The position numbers and the translations under genes were made by a program. DNA of 64,000 nt from Tubiluchus corallicola (lineage: Eukaryota > Animalia > Priapulida): contig JAQGDQ010000625.1 of assembly GCA_030141605.1 (NCBI GenBank), forward strand, positions 60,780-124,779. Direction: 5' to 3'. Numbering within the stretch: the first letter of the stretch is position 1; each line of letters begins with the position of its first letter. The notes below the pieces were generated by a model. It was not told where the DNA came from. It searched no databases and worked only from the letters and a program-made list of their open reading frames with translations. This document shows positions 37,501-49,700 of this stretch, one piece after another.

Positions 37501-40500
37501 GGACCAGGCGCGTCAATTAACACAGTCAACATTAGAAGGACCGGGTGCTTCAATTAACACTGTCAACATTAGAAGGACCAGGCGCGTCAATTAACACAAT
37601 TAATGCCAGAAGGACCGGGCGTGTCAATTAATGCAATTAACATTAGAAGGATCGGGTGCGTCAATTAACACAGTCAACATTAAAAGGACCAGGCGCGTCA
37701 ATTCACACAGTCAACATTAGAAGGACCGGGCGCGTCAATTAACACTGTCAGCATTAGAAGGACCAGGCACGTCAATTAACACAGTCAACATTAGAAGGAC
37801 CAGATGCGTCAATTAACACTGTCAACATTAGAAGGACCAGGTGCGTCAATTAACACAGTCAACATTAGAAGGACCAGATGCGCCAATTAACACTGTCAGC
37901 ATTAGAAGGACCAGGTGCGTCAATTAAGACAGTCAGCATTAGAAGGACCAGGTGCGTCAATTAACACAGTCAACATTAGAAGGACCAGATGCGTCAATTA
38001 ACACAGTCAACATTAGAAGGACCAGATGCGTTAATTAACACTGTCAATATTAGAAGGACCGGGCGCGGCAATTAACACTGTCAACATTAGAAGGACCAGG
38101 CGCGTCAATTAACACTGTCAACATTAGAAGGACCAGATGCGTCAATTAACACTGTCAGCATTAGAAGGACCGGGCACGTCAATTAACACTGTCAGCATTA
38201 GAAGGACCAGATGCGTCAATTAACACTGTCAGCATTAGAAGGACCGGGTGCTTCAATTAACACTGTCAACATTAGAAGGACCGGGTGCTTCAATTAACAC
38301 AATTAGCACTAGAAGGATTGGGTGCGTCAATTAACACTGTCAGCATTAGAAGGACCAGATGCGTCAATTAACACACTTCACATTAAAAGGACCGGGCGCG
38401 TCAATTGACACAGTCAACATTAGAAGGACCGGGCGCGTCAATTAACACACTTCACATTAAAAGGACCGGGCGCGTCAATTAACACACTTCACATTAAAAG
38501 GACCGGGCGCGTCAATTAACACACTTCACATTAGAAGGACCAGGCGCGTCAATTAACACAGTCAACATTAGAAGGACCAGGCGCGTCAATTAACACACTT
38601 CACATTAAAAGGACCAGGTGCGTCAATTAACACAGTCAACATTAGAAGGACCAGGTGCGTCAATTAACACAGTCAACATTAGAAGGACCGGGTGCTTCAA
38701 TTAACACAGTCAACATTAGAAGGACCAGGTGCGTCAATTAACACAGTCAACATTAGAAGGACTGGGTGCTTCAATTAACACGGTCAACATTAGAAGGACA
38801 AGGTGCGTCAATTAACACTGTCAACATCAGAAGGACCGGGTGCGTCAATTAACACTGTCAACATTAGAAGGACCAGGCGCGTCAATTAACACAGTCAACA
38901 TTAGAAGGACCGGGTGCTTCAATTAACACTGTCAACATTAGAAGGACCAGGCGCGTCAATTAACACAATTAACGCCAGAAGGACCGGGCGTGTCAATTAA
39001 TGCAATTAACATTAGAAGGATCGGGTGCGTCAATTAACACAGTCAACATTAAAAGGACCAGGCGCGTCAATTCACACAGTCAACATTAGAAGGACCGGGC
39101 GCGTCAATTAACACTGTCAGCATTAGAAGGACCAGGCACGTCAATTAACACTGTCAACATTAGAAGGACCAGATGCGTCAATTAACACTGTCAACATTAG
39201 AAGGACCAGGTGCGTCAATTAACACAGTCAACATTAGAAGGACCAGATGCGCCAATTAACACTGTCAGCATTAGAAGGACCAGGTGCGTCAATTAACACA
39301 GTCAGCATTAGAAGGACCAGGTGCGTCAATTAACACAGTCAACATTAGAAGGACCAGATGCGTCAATTAACACAGTCAACATTAGAAGGACCAGATGCGT
39401 TAATTAACACTGTCAACATTAGAAGGACCGGGCGCGGCAATTAACACTGTCAACATTAGAAGGACCAGGCGCGTCAATTAACACAGTCAACATTAGAAGG
39501 ACCAGATGCGTCAATTAACACTGTCAGCATTAGAAGGACCGGGCACGTCAATTAACACTGTCAGCATTAGAAGGACCAGATGTGTCAATTAACACTGTCA
39601 GCATTAGAAGGACCGGGTGCTTCAATTAACACTGTCAACATTAGAAGGACTGGGTGCTTCAATTAACACAATTAGCACTAGAAGGATTGGGCGCGTCAAT
39701 TAACACTGTCAGCATTAGAAGGACCAGATGCGTCAATTAACACTGACAGCATTAGAAGGACCGGGTGAGTCAATTAACACAGCCAACATTAGAAGGACCG
39801 GGTGCTTCAATTAACACAATTAGCACTAGAAGGATTGGGCGCGTCAATTAACGCAATTAACATTAGAAGGACCAGGTGAGTCAATTAACACAATTGACAC
39901 AAAGCGAAGAGCTACACTTGAAAAATAATACATTGGATTTAATGGCGCATTCATACTAGCGAGCTTTCTGTCACGAGCTTTCTCTCTGACAGCAAATTCA
40001 CAAGTGTGAACTGCTTTGCGTGGTACTGTCGGTAAGAAATTGCAAACTCTCTAACAGTTGCTGCAAGTTGATTTATTGTCTAGTGTGAACGCCTTCTCGC
40101 AGTAAATAACCAACTCACGCTTACTGCCGGAAAGCAACTGGCAGCAAGTCTTGCTCTCTAGTCTGAACACGCTTGTGTGTTATTTGGCAATTTTACTTGG
40201 CGAAAAAACTCGCTAGTTTGAACTAATAAGCTAGCAAGTTCTTCTTTTTATGAATGAATTCCAAAAAGAGACAATCTGTGTTTCAGTGCAATGTGAAACG
40301 CTAGCTAATTGTTGCCACTAAGCTATGCTCAGATGTCATGTAACATCAACAAACCAAATTTGACGGTTCTAACGTATTTAGAGGAGGGAGGGTCAAAGCT
40401 GCTGCTCTTAAATAGCTACATGCACATATTTGTACCAGACGGCTTAGTCTAGTGGTAATGCGTCTGCTTTCCGTCTGGGAGGTCGTGAGTTCGAACCAGC

Positions 40501-43500
40501 GGCCGGGTCATACCAAAGACTTTAAAAATGGTACCTGCTGTTGCCCTGCCTGACGCATGGTATTTAGGGTAAAAGTGGGGTAATAATAGTCTCTGTTATG
40601 TAGTTGTAGGTTGTTATTTACAGTCGGTGATAATAGCTCTTTGAGCTAATTTTAATTGTTGATCATAATAATAATTGTAATTATTATTATTATTATTATT
40701 ATTTATCAGAAGTGAACAGCTTGACGCACGAGCATATTATAATCTACCAATCAGCCATCGACAAACTAAAAGCTCAAAATTCACAGGACAACTACAGCCG
40801 TTATTCAAACAGTTAACTAGCTATATGCAGCGGGGACAGATTATTTAAAAATTTTAACCGACACCAAATTAACTTCGGAACCATTAAACACTTACCCGAG
40901 TTAATGCTTGAAAGCCTACATCTTGAAACTGACTACACCCAGCAACTTCTAGTGTCCTATTACAAAAAGAATTAAACAGTAACGTAAGTTGTTGTCACAG
41001 AATAAGCAATGCAGCAACTACATCAACTTGGATTAAAAATGAATTTTGAAAAACTATAAAACATGAATTTTAACGTGAAATTGTTGAACGTAGTACTTGT
41101 TTTAATCTCTGTTGAGAGTTTGAGTATCGTTCACAAATTGGTAAAATTAAAATCCAATGAAGATCTAACTAATGCATATAGGGCTCACCAATGGTCTTAT
41201 TTTAAAAATGTTAATGCCGACGATAAACTGAAACTACAAAATAAATAAACAAATGATGATCAACCTAAGCTCAAGTTTGTGTGTGGGGCCCCTTCTTGGC
41301 ACGGGGCCCAATTTGAACAAATCTGTCGAATTTTATTTAATTCGTAACATGTGATACTTATTCATCATCTTCATTTATTATTATTCTTTTTTCACTTATG
41401 CTATTGTTGCTATGTTTGTTTTTGTATTTTTGCTTTTGTTATTGCTTTATTTTGATTATTTTATTTAAGTAATTAACAATAATTGCATCCTGTGTCATGT
41501 CATTGTCTATGTCTATATGTCTATGTGCAGCATCACCGTTAATTTTTAATAGACTAATCAATTTATAAGAAAGGGCAGGAGACTAGATGACCCTATGGTC
41601 CTTCCCTGCCCTGCTCCATGATTGTAATTACTTAATATTTAAAAAACTTGTAGGGAATTTCGCTAAGTATCTCGTTGGTCACGTGACCACGATCACTCAC
41701 CTGTGCAGATCTCTTTCTACCTGGGCAAGTGAGTTAGTTTTCAGATGTTAACAGGCTTCTTTAAAAGTAGTTTTCACAGTATGATAGTGACAATTTGTCA
41801 GAGATATTGGTAAATACTAGATTGCTTTATGGAGACATACGATGTAAGTAAATATATCATTTTATATTATTTTGATTGAACTGATCACCTTGAACATTTT
41901 AGTTTACTTAATGACAATCTTATAATTTGATAGAAAGTGTTACATAGTATAAATTAGTAAAATTACCAAATTAGGTTTACTTAATGTTTGTGTTTAGTAA
42001 AGTCTAGAACTACAGAATTTAATGCAAATGTGTAAAATGGCCTTTTTTATTTTTTTTTCAATAGAAATGACGTATTAAACGCTACAATATTTTGTTGGAA
42101 TATGGCGGACATTGATTGTAGTACAAAACTTTTGATGTTAAACTAACTGGAGAAAATAAATGTTCCATGTTCTATGTTCTGTCTAACTGGCCTAAACCCA
42201 GCCCTGCCTGTATGTAGGCCCTGCCCGTATGTAGGCCCTGCCTTTCTTGACATTCAGGTATAAGCACACAATTCATGAAGTACAAAAAAACTGCCCATTC
42301 AATAAGTTCTTATCATACACTGCTAATTTACATCAGAAAAAATCTGTACAATTGGTCACATACCTCAATGTAGGAGCGCCTTGTCCTAGAGCAACCAGTG
42401 CTGCGTCAGTTAAGTTAGAACAGCCAGAAACACAGAGAAATTCCAATGCATGACAACCATCAGCTATATGCTGTATGCCTTCATCACCTATGCTCTAAAA
42501 CACAACGAACAACCAATATATATGAAACATCGGCATTTATGATGTATATAAGGTATATAAGTTCTTACTTAACCCTTTCAGTCCCAAATTATTTTTTTAA
42601 TAAGAAAAAAGTTTTGGCTTGGTACTGTTCTTCAGTATGTCCATCTTGATGTTTGAGTTGCTGTGGAATAAATTCATAATAATATCAAGCGTAATTTAAT
42701 TTTATATAATTCTAGCATTCGACTTCAATTTAGGGCTTAATTTACAAACTTCAAGAGTTTCCAATTCACAGTTATGAAACTACAAATACGTGTACCTACC
42801 GTGCAGCTGTGTAAATTTAACATTTTCAATTCTTTACAATGAGTCCCGACCGCCATCAGTCCAACATTTGATATCTGAAAATATGACATGCAGTTTGTAT
42901 TCCTTCCTTGAACTACTAAATTAAAACGTTTTTAAATGCTCGTAGTACAGGAGTTCAATTATACATGTAGTAGTCAACAGAAATTAAAAACTAAAACATC
43001 ATAAATATAGAAAAACTACATAGACATCAGTGAAGCCATGGATTTTAAACAAATGTATTCAACAAAATAAACAGTCTTTTTCTCTTTGTTACAGTTCATT
43101 ATTCTGGCTAATTTGATTACCCGAGGGTTGACTGCCCTTTTTACTCTCCCCTCCCTCAGTTCATAAGACAAGAAATAAAAATGAACTAACATAATTTACC
43201 ATGATGGCAAAGGCAACACACTTCAAATCGGGCGGGCGAAACACTTGGAAGTTAGACATTAAAGGACGCAATCCTAAACTGTAGATCAAAACAATCTACT
43301 CTTTAAAACACTGAAAGGGAACATACTATTTTTAAAGAATGACTTGTGTGAAAGAATTATTACCACACAAAAGTTATTTCCCGTGGCTAGTTCTTTGCAG
43401 TTACATGCATTTCACCATTTGTTAGTTAGACGGGCACTAGCGCCTGCATTTTGGAAACTCGCTGCACAAACGCGAGCTGTACCTCTACCTCCCAGTTTAG

Positions 43501-46500
43501 AGCTGTTCATTTGTGATGTAATACACACGTTCGAGAGCTCGTGTGTAAGCACAGCGGTAAATTTAAAATTTGAATTTTTACCTCAAAATTTTGTATATTA
43601 TTGAGTTTTGTATATTACACTGATAGTTGTACAGTAAAACTGTACTTCAATTTTTGCTTTCACGAACATGTTCAACACACGCTCATGGAAAGTTTTTGCT
43701 GTTGAAAATTGTATTCGTTTGTGAGGACATCACTAGCTAGGCTCGCCCGCTGTTAATTAAAACTTTTTAACCTATTATTTAATTATCAGAAATGTTTTGG
43801 CATTATTCCAAGTGTTAAAATGCATACATTTTACTGTATTTCAAAATGGGTAGGATATGAAAAATTGTCCTATTTTACTTTAAAGCAGGGGTGTGCAATT
43901 TATCTGACTAGCCGGGCCACATTAAACATTCCCGCAATTCCTGCGGGCCACATGCAGTTTGATCAAGGAGCAAGGTACAGTAGGATCTAATAACGATTTT
44001 TTGCATCCAATCTACGCACATCATTACTACTGCACTACTACACTAAAAAAACTATTTTAGAAGTTATTAAAATTTATATTACAAACCATATATTTCTACT
44101 TTCAGGACAGATAGTGGTAATTTCATTACAATGCATATTAGTAATGTATAACACACAGTCTATATAGTACAGTGACATTAAGTGACGACCGTCTTGTAAG
44201 GGTTAATGACATCCTATCTAGTAGAAAAAACTACCCGCACTATTTTTGCAAGCGTGGCGGACTTCAGCTGGATACACTCAATTCATCGCCTGGGCCGCAC
44301 TTTCATTAGGTTGACAAATCTCTTCGCGGGCCGCACAAATTCTCTCGGCGGGCCACACTTTGCACACCCCCGATGTAAATGTTACAGCAAATTGCAGATT
44401 GCATCAGAAACAAATTTGTAAAAAAAAAACTAACCTGCATCTGAACGAAATTAAACCCTGAATTACGAAATTTCACAACAACTAGTGGGTAACTAGTTTC
44501 AACACGGAAGTAGAAAAACTGCTAGCAGGAAGGCCATAGCTTACATGTGTTAAATGAAATATGTGTTACATGTGTTAAATGAAATATGTGTTACATGTGT
44601 TATATGAAATACTTGGAGAACACAAACAGAGCTTTGCATACGCCTATCTTGAAACCAAATCATACAAGCTCGAACATGCTTATCAACTATCAAGCCAATA
44701 ATCTGTCTACATTGTAAAGACAAATTCTTCACTACAGCACTATTATAAAGCTTGATAGTCATGACTCATTAAACAGTGTAAGTCAATGCACAAAAAAAAT
44801 CCCATCAGTTCATCGTCATTATTCTTGTAATGAAGAATTTATCTGTGAAATTACAGCACAAGTCAGCTCGAAGTGTGACAATAAACAAGTACAGAATATA
44901 ATTATAGAAACCAAATAGATAAACATGAAATAAACAGGAAGATGTTCCTTTTATATCTCTTATATTAATATTCTTGGTATGGGCTTAATTTATTTATATA
45001 TATATATAAGATTCGAGGCTACAGCTTCGACGACGGCACCATTTGCGGCGATCTATATATCAAACGAAAGGTCTCGATCTAGTGTCTTCTCATTGATGGT
45101 TTATTTTTCGAATCGGGCCCACCGGGAGGAACGGGGGGTGAAAAAACCCCAAAAATGGCCCTTTTTCGGCCGTTTTTTGCAAAAAATTGCAAAAGTTATA
45201 CGGCTGAGATGTAGAGAACGGGAACGGGCCGAGGGGGGTACTGGGTATGGATAGATAGCCCGTTCAGCGGTGGGTGTAGTAGGCATATTTAGAATTCCCG
45301 AGAGGGCCAGGGCGCCCCGCAACGGGCGTTTTCCCGGACCCAACTCGCGATTTTTTCGAAATTTTGACCAAACAGCATGCGGGGAAAACGTTCTAGCGTC
45401 GCCCGGTGGGATTCTAGGAAGGAGATATGGGGCTCTTTACAAAGAGGAAGGACAGGGCTACACGATGATGTGGGCTATATTTTAGGGCAGGTCCACCGAG
45501 AGGAGTATCGACGAGTTAATTAGGTGTTTTATTTTCGGCGATTTTCGCTTAGAAAACTGTGAAAATTCTCGCTTAGAAAACTGCGACGCATTCCATTGTG
45601 CTGACGTCATCCATTGTGTCTATAACTTTAATTCAGCAAAAAAGCCGTTTTGCAACATACAGTAGGCAGGAGTAAACGCTGCTGGCTTTGCGTTAGGTAA
45701 GTAGGCAGGATGTTATGAGCTTTGTGTCATAAATGAGGACTGTGTAGGATGTTCGCGTATTATTGCTTATACGTGGTTTTTTACGCAAAATCTTTTGCGG
45801 GGCCTTTGCTAGTCTATTATATTAATATTCTTGGTATGGGCTTTATATATATATAAGATTCGAGGCTACAGCTTCGACGAGGGCGCCATTTGCGGCGATC
45901 TATACATCAAACGAAAGGTCTCGATCTAGTGTCGTGCCATTGATGGTTTTTTTTTCGTGAAAGTATTATTACTTACCAATGGGCAGCCCTTAGCGATGAG
46001 ATGGCTAAGTTTAGAGCAACCCTTACAGAGGACTTCAAGGCCGCAATCGGATATCAAATGGCACCAGGATATGTTGATTTGTTCCAGTCCACGACAACCC
46101 TCACTAAAACATAATCCATGCTTTGTAATCGTACAAGCAAAGAAGTACAAGTAATGTAAATCAAAGTAAAAAGTTCACTGACACCGTGAGTCGCTATGCT
46201 TTCGTTCCTCTATCAGTCCATAGAGATAGGACGGGCAGTTTTTGGACAAAATCTTGAATACTTCGGTAGCAATGAGACGTTGTCTCTGAAGTTGAAGAGA
46301 CACAAAATTGTCTTTTAACAATAGATTTTCGTAGCTAGAAATTTGTACTTAACTGCATTTACAAACTAAAGGACTCACAAGTGACAACAAATATAGTCTG
46401 AACTACAAAACCACAAGATTTCAAATCTATAGTATTCTTATACATCAATGTATCACTGCAAAAACAACACTAGTGCAAGCAACATTAGCTGATGTTTTTT

Positions 46501-46733
46501 TAGTCATATATATAATATGAAATGTGACTTTTCCAAATGTTTTTACACAAGGCGCTTATGGCACTTTCATTGCTAAAGCTTTCTAACCTTGTTCTACCAA
46601 CATCCTAATAAGCCTAATTTTCCAGAAGGCATATCATATATCATGATATGAGAGAGAGGGAAGGAGGGAGAGAGAGAGAGAGAGAGAGACAGGGGGAAGG
46701 AGGGAGAGAGAGAGAGAGAGAGACAGGGGGAAG

Positions 46734-46774
<41 letters not shown>

Positions 46775-49700
46775 AGGAGGGAGAAAGAGAGAGGGGAGAG
46801 AGAGAGATTTTAGATTTAGATTTAATATTTTATTTCAAACTTCGCAAAGTTCATAAACACTGAAAAGATGATTATGGTACTACCCCCATATATGAGTAAC
46901 ACAGAATAAAAGCAAAACTGAAGCAATACTTTTTTCAAAATGAAAAAAACCTTTTATATTACATAAAAAAGTGATATTAGATTAAAAACAGAGAGACGAC
47001 TCTAAATCTTATAAAGGGGTAGCTATTCAGCATATCTGCCAACACACATATTCCAATATATTTTACTTTTGGGTAATTATTCCTTTCGAAAAAAAACAAT
47101 TTTGTGCTCCCCTTCCTCGCGGCCCCCTAAACTCATGCTTATTTTGCTTAATGGTTAATCCAGAGCTGATTAAATACAGATAAAGTGTGCCAACACAAAT
47201 CTTTAATGTTTTATATGTCTTTATGTAACATTACAGACCTTAGTTTAGTATGTGAGAGAAAGATAAGATAAGATAAGATAAAATAAGATAATATTTATTT
47301 TCATCGGTATGATATAAAACAGTACATATTTGTAAAACATGAGCTTAAAGCTCGCAAACCGATATCAAACATAATGTATATGAGCGATAACATGGTAATA
47401 ATATGTACTTCTTAAAATCTTTTGGATGCCACTAGAGGCATTGGTACAAGAAAAATTTATAACTACATGAAGACAGTAAAAATCTGAGACAGTAAAAATT
47501 TTAGGCAGTAAGATTTTCTAAAATTTACACAGAAAGCTATCTAGGTCAATAAAAATTTTTCCTGCCAACATTTCAGCATTTAATTACGACTTAACAAAAT
47601 TGGGAAGTTTGCTGAATTTACAAATGGCACATTTACGTGATGCACCAGTCCATGAGTTAATTAGACGTTTAAATTCCAGAAGATTTTCGACCATTCGGAG
47701 ACAGTTTGGTAATTCATTCCACAATGTGGCTCCGTAATAGGAGAAACTTTTCTTGCCATATGTAACACCATCATATGCAGGGTGTTCTGCAGTGTTCATT
47801 TTTCTGAGGAAGTAGAGGTTTTGCTTTCGTTCCTCTATCAGTCCATAGAGATAGGACGGGCAGTTTTTGGACAAAATCTTGAATACTTCAATAGCAATGA
47901 GTATTCTGTCTCCAAAGTTGAAGAGACATAAAATTGTCTTTAAACAATAGATTTTCGCATGTAGAAATTTGTACTTAACAACTGCATTTACAAACTAAAG
48001 GGCTCACAAGTGACAACAAATATAGTCTGAACTACAAAACCACAAGACTTCAAATCTATAGTACATCAATGTCATGACTGCATAAAGCGTTACACAAATA
48101 TTAAATAGCTTACCTTAGGCTCCTTAAAGAATCATCAGTTATATTAGAACAGGAGTCCAGCTCCAACACCCGTAGCTTATTGCAGTTCTTGCTTAAACTT
48201 TTACAAGTGCTGTAAGAAAGGTATAAGAAAACTTTTATTCTTTTAAATAGTTTTGTAAGCATGCTTAATGGCGCGTTTATGCCGACCAGAACAACGATTA
48301 CTTGTGGGCTGCATTGTTCTAGAACAGGGGTGTGCAAATTGCGGCCCGCGGGCCACTTGCGGCCCGCCGACAGAATTTGTGCGGCCCACGAAGAGATTTG
48401 TCAACCTAATGAAAGTGCGGCCCGGGCGATTAATTGAGTGTATCCAGCTGAAGTCGTGCCACGATCCCAAAGATAGTGCGGGTAGTTTTTTTCCACTAGA
48501 TCGGATGCCACTAACCCTTAAAAGACGGTTGTAGCTTAATGTCACTGTACTACACAGACTGTGTGATACACATTACTAATATGCATTGTAATGAAATTAC
48601 CACTGTCTGTCCTGAAAGTAGAAATATATGGTTTGTAATATAAATTTTAATAACTTCTAAAATAGTTTCTAGAGTGTAGTAGTAATGATGTACGCAGGTC
48701 GGATGCAAAAAACCGTTATTAGGCCTTTCTGTACTTGGCTCCTTGATCAAACTGCCTGTGGCCTGCAGGAATTGCGGGAAAGTTTAATGTGGCCTGGCTA
48801 GTCAGATAATTTGCACACACCTGTTCTAGAATGACAAATTTTCTATAACGCACTGTCAGCATAGTCGTTTACTCAAATGGTAATTTTTACTATATTTTCT
48901 TAACTTATTATTAAATGTAGCAATTAATGCATAGCCAAAGTAGTTATTCACCTGTTAGAGCAAAAAGCTAGAGCTTGTAGGACCCGGGGCGGTACTCGAG
49001 TTTGCGACCCCCCCCCCCAATGAAAAAGACAATGTAGCAACATCCATGTGATTTTATACATTAGATTTGTAAAATTTAGTGGTCTAAAGTTTATACATAT
49101 GCCACTAGAGAAAATAAATATTAGATAGACCGGTACCTGTCCTTTATTTTCTTACAGTTGACTAAATTTAGCTCTTCTATGTTATTACACTGTTGGGCGA
49201 ATGTTCTGAAATGAAACAAAAGTACTTTAACAATAAACAGCAGCTTAATAATAAAAATATTTCGCTTATTCGAAATTAATTGTCACATATGTCACAAATT
49301 AACTACATTAGAAACTATTGGCTAGCTGTAATTTTAAACAGCAACTAGAAGAGAACCAAATTAAAGATTTAAACTTACTCCATGGCGCCATCTACAACAT
49401 TTTGACACCCTTGTAGTGACAATTTCTTTAGGAAACCTCCGCACCTCTTGGATAAATTCTCCACCACTGTACCCTCAATGTCTCGTTGAAACTCAAACAG
49501 ATCTACGCGCTGCCAGTTGCTGCCATCTAGTGCTAACATGTTCCAATCCTGAAAAAATAATCAATATTATGTTCCAAGAAGTCTTTCCCAGAATGCACTG
49601 TTAGAATCTACTGAATATTCAGAATAGTATAATCTCTAGAAATCACGATGTGCAATTAATGACAGTTTAACTATCCGTGAAGTACCATGAAGTACATCAT

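Noticed and set aside
37120-39900. CRISPR-like array (37-bp repeats)
   Set aside because: No spacers; it is a plain minisatellite inside an FBXL20 intron
46648-46863. ER-repeat, poly-Leu and LS-repeat ORFs (also 54859-55041 and 59801-60126)
   Set aside because: Translations of microsatellites
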